Origin: Macrostomum hystrix | Taxonomy: Eukaryota > Animalia > Platyhelminthes | Length of the DNA stretch: 64,000 bases | Direction: 5' to 3' | Assembly (NCBI GenBank): GCA_950097015.1 | Contig: CATNEN010000031.1 | Span: forward strand, 1,736,001 to 1,800,000 | Part shown: positions 62,772-64,000 of the stretch, piece by piece | Position numbering within the stretch: position 1 is the stretch's first letter | How the letters are laid out: every line of letters begins with the position of its first letter | Position numbers and translations under genes: made by a program | Notes under the pieces: generated by a model | What the model was told of the DNA's origin: nothing | What the model saw: only the letters and a program-made list of their open reading frames with translations | The model's database searches: none

Positions 62772-63160
62772 ATATCAATATACAGCTCCGAGATCAATAG
62801 ACACAGCTCCTAAATCTATAGACACAGGTCCGAGATCAATAGACACAGCTCCGAGATCAATAGACACAGCTCCTAAATCTATTGACACAGCTCCTAAATC
62901 GATAGACACAGGTCCGAGATCAATAGACACATCTCCGAGATCAATAGACACATCTCCGAGATCAATAGACACAGGTCCGAGATCAATAGACACAGCACCG
63001 AGATCATTAGACACAGCTTCTAAATCTATAGACACAGCTCCGAAATGAATAGACACAGCTCCTAAATCAATAGACACAGCTGCTAAATCTATAGACACAT
63101 CTCTGAGATCAATAGACACAGCTACGAGATCAGTAGACACAGCTCCGAAATCTATTGGGA
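62772..63160. repeat. Minisatellite, 21-bp unit atcaatagacacagctccgag
   Basis: Directly visible. Confidence 0.92.
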
Positions 63161-63912
63161 TACAGGTATAAAATATCTAGAGACCCAGGCTCGAAATCTA
63201 CAGACTCAGTTTAGAAATCTCTTGAGATACATTTCCAAAATCTATCATTTCTAGTCTGAAATCTATAGATATTGGTGCGCAATCTATTGATAAACGTCAG
63301 AAAGCTGAGAGTATATATGCGCAGTTCCAAATTCTATAGACAAATAGGTCCGAAAATTTTTAACAAAATGCCAAAACTGAATATCTTAAGAATCCTGTCC
63401 GTAAATCTAAAGAATGATCAACTTTTCACTTCAATTGAAAAATCTGACTTAATGAATGAGACTTACAGAGAGCCAAAAAATGAGACCTTCTCAAATAAGT
63501 CAGACAGTCGAGACCACAAGTTGGAAAAGATTGAGGTGAGCTATCAGATCTTTATAGAGTATTTGCTAGAGCTGTTTTAGTGTCATTAGAGCACACTGCT
63601 GCCCAGGGGGCCTATATAAGCAGATAATTTTATGTCCCAATGTACATATCCCGCCTGTTTATATTGATCCATTTGCTGCAGTACTCAATACTCTCTGTCC
63701 CTCTATCTTCTCTCTTTCTCTCGCTAAGAGTACTATCAGTGGACACAACGTGTGAACGCCCCACCCTGACGAGTACGCTCAGGATTAACTTCACTACTTC
63801 CTCATCTGAAATGCTCAATCCTTTGCTATACTCCCCGTTCTTTTCTACACAGTGCTGTAACATTTCCATCCTTCGTAGCTATGATTTAGCTCGTATATTA
63901 TTTTCTTGATCC

Positions 63913-64000
63913 AGTAAGTCATGAATCTAGGAGGTCATGAATCTAGGAGGTGATGAATCTAGGAGGTCATGAATCTAGGAGGTCATGAATCTAGGAGGTC
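63913..64000. repeat. Minisatellite, 16-bp unit tcatgaatctaggagg, running off the window end
   Basis: Directly visible. Confidence 0.9.

Noticed and set aside
62775-63909. ORFs 62775-63140, 63272-63580, 63630-63869 and 63640-63909
   Set aside because: One is a 21-bp repeat translation; the others have no motif and could not be spliced convincingly to the CAP gene.

Overview
Eukaryotic (metazoan invertebrate) genomic DNA with GC-rich exons, AT-rich intergenic DNA and introns packed with SINEs and minisatellites. This style is consistent with a flatworm such as Macrostomum, which is an inference only. All gene models were spliced and translated by hand, and exon phases are mutually consistent. 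Contents: (1) a ~2,820-aa class C GPCR on + (1750-23009, 18 exons) with FIVE tandem Venus-flytrap (ANF-receptor) domains, short Cys linkers instead of a nine-Cys domain, and a 7TM; (2) a neurocalcin/hippocalcin-type calcium sensor on - with a BEL/Pao integrase relic in its intron; (3) OSTC/DC2 on -; (4) a SARA/endofin FYVE protein on - with a 14-aa repeat expansion; (5) a decayed RNase H-bearing non-LTR retrotransposon; (6) four non-autonomous Helitrons within 9.2 kb, three abutting or nested, each with a PIF1-helicase fragment and an embedded hAT-type MITE; (7) a GAPR-1/GLIPR2-like CAP gene on -. The most striking items are the five-VFT receptor, a pair of homologous but oppositely oriented minisatellite arrays bracketing its exon 14, and the Helitron junctions.
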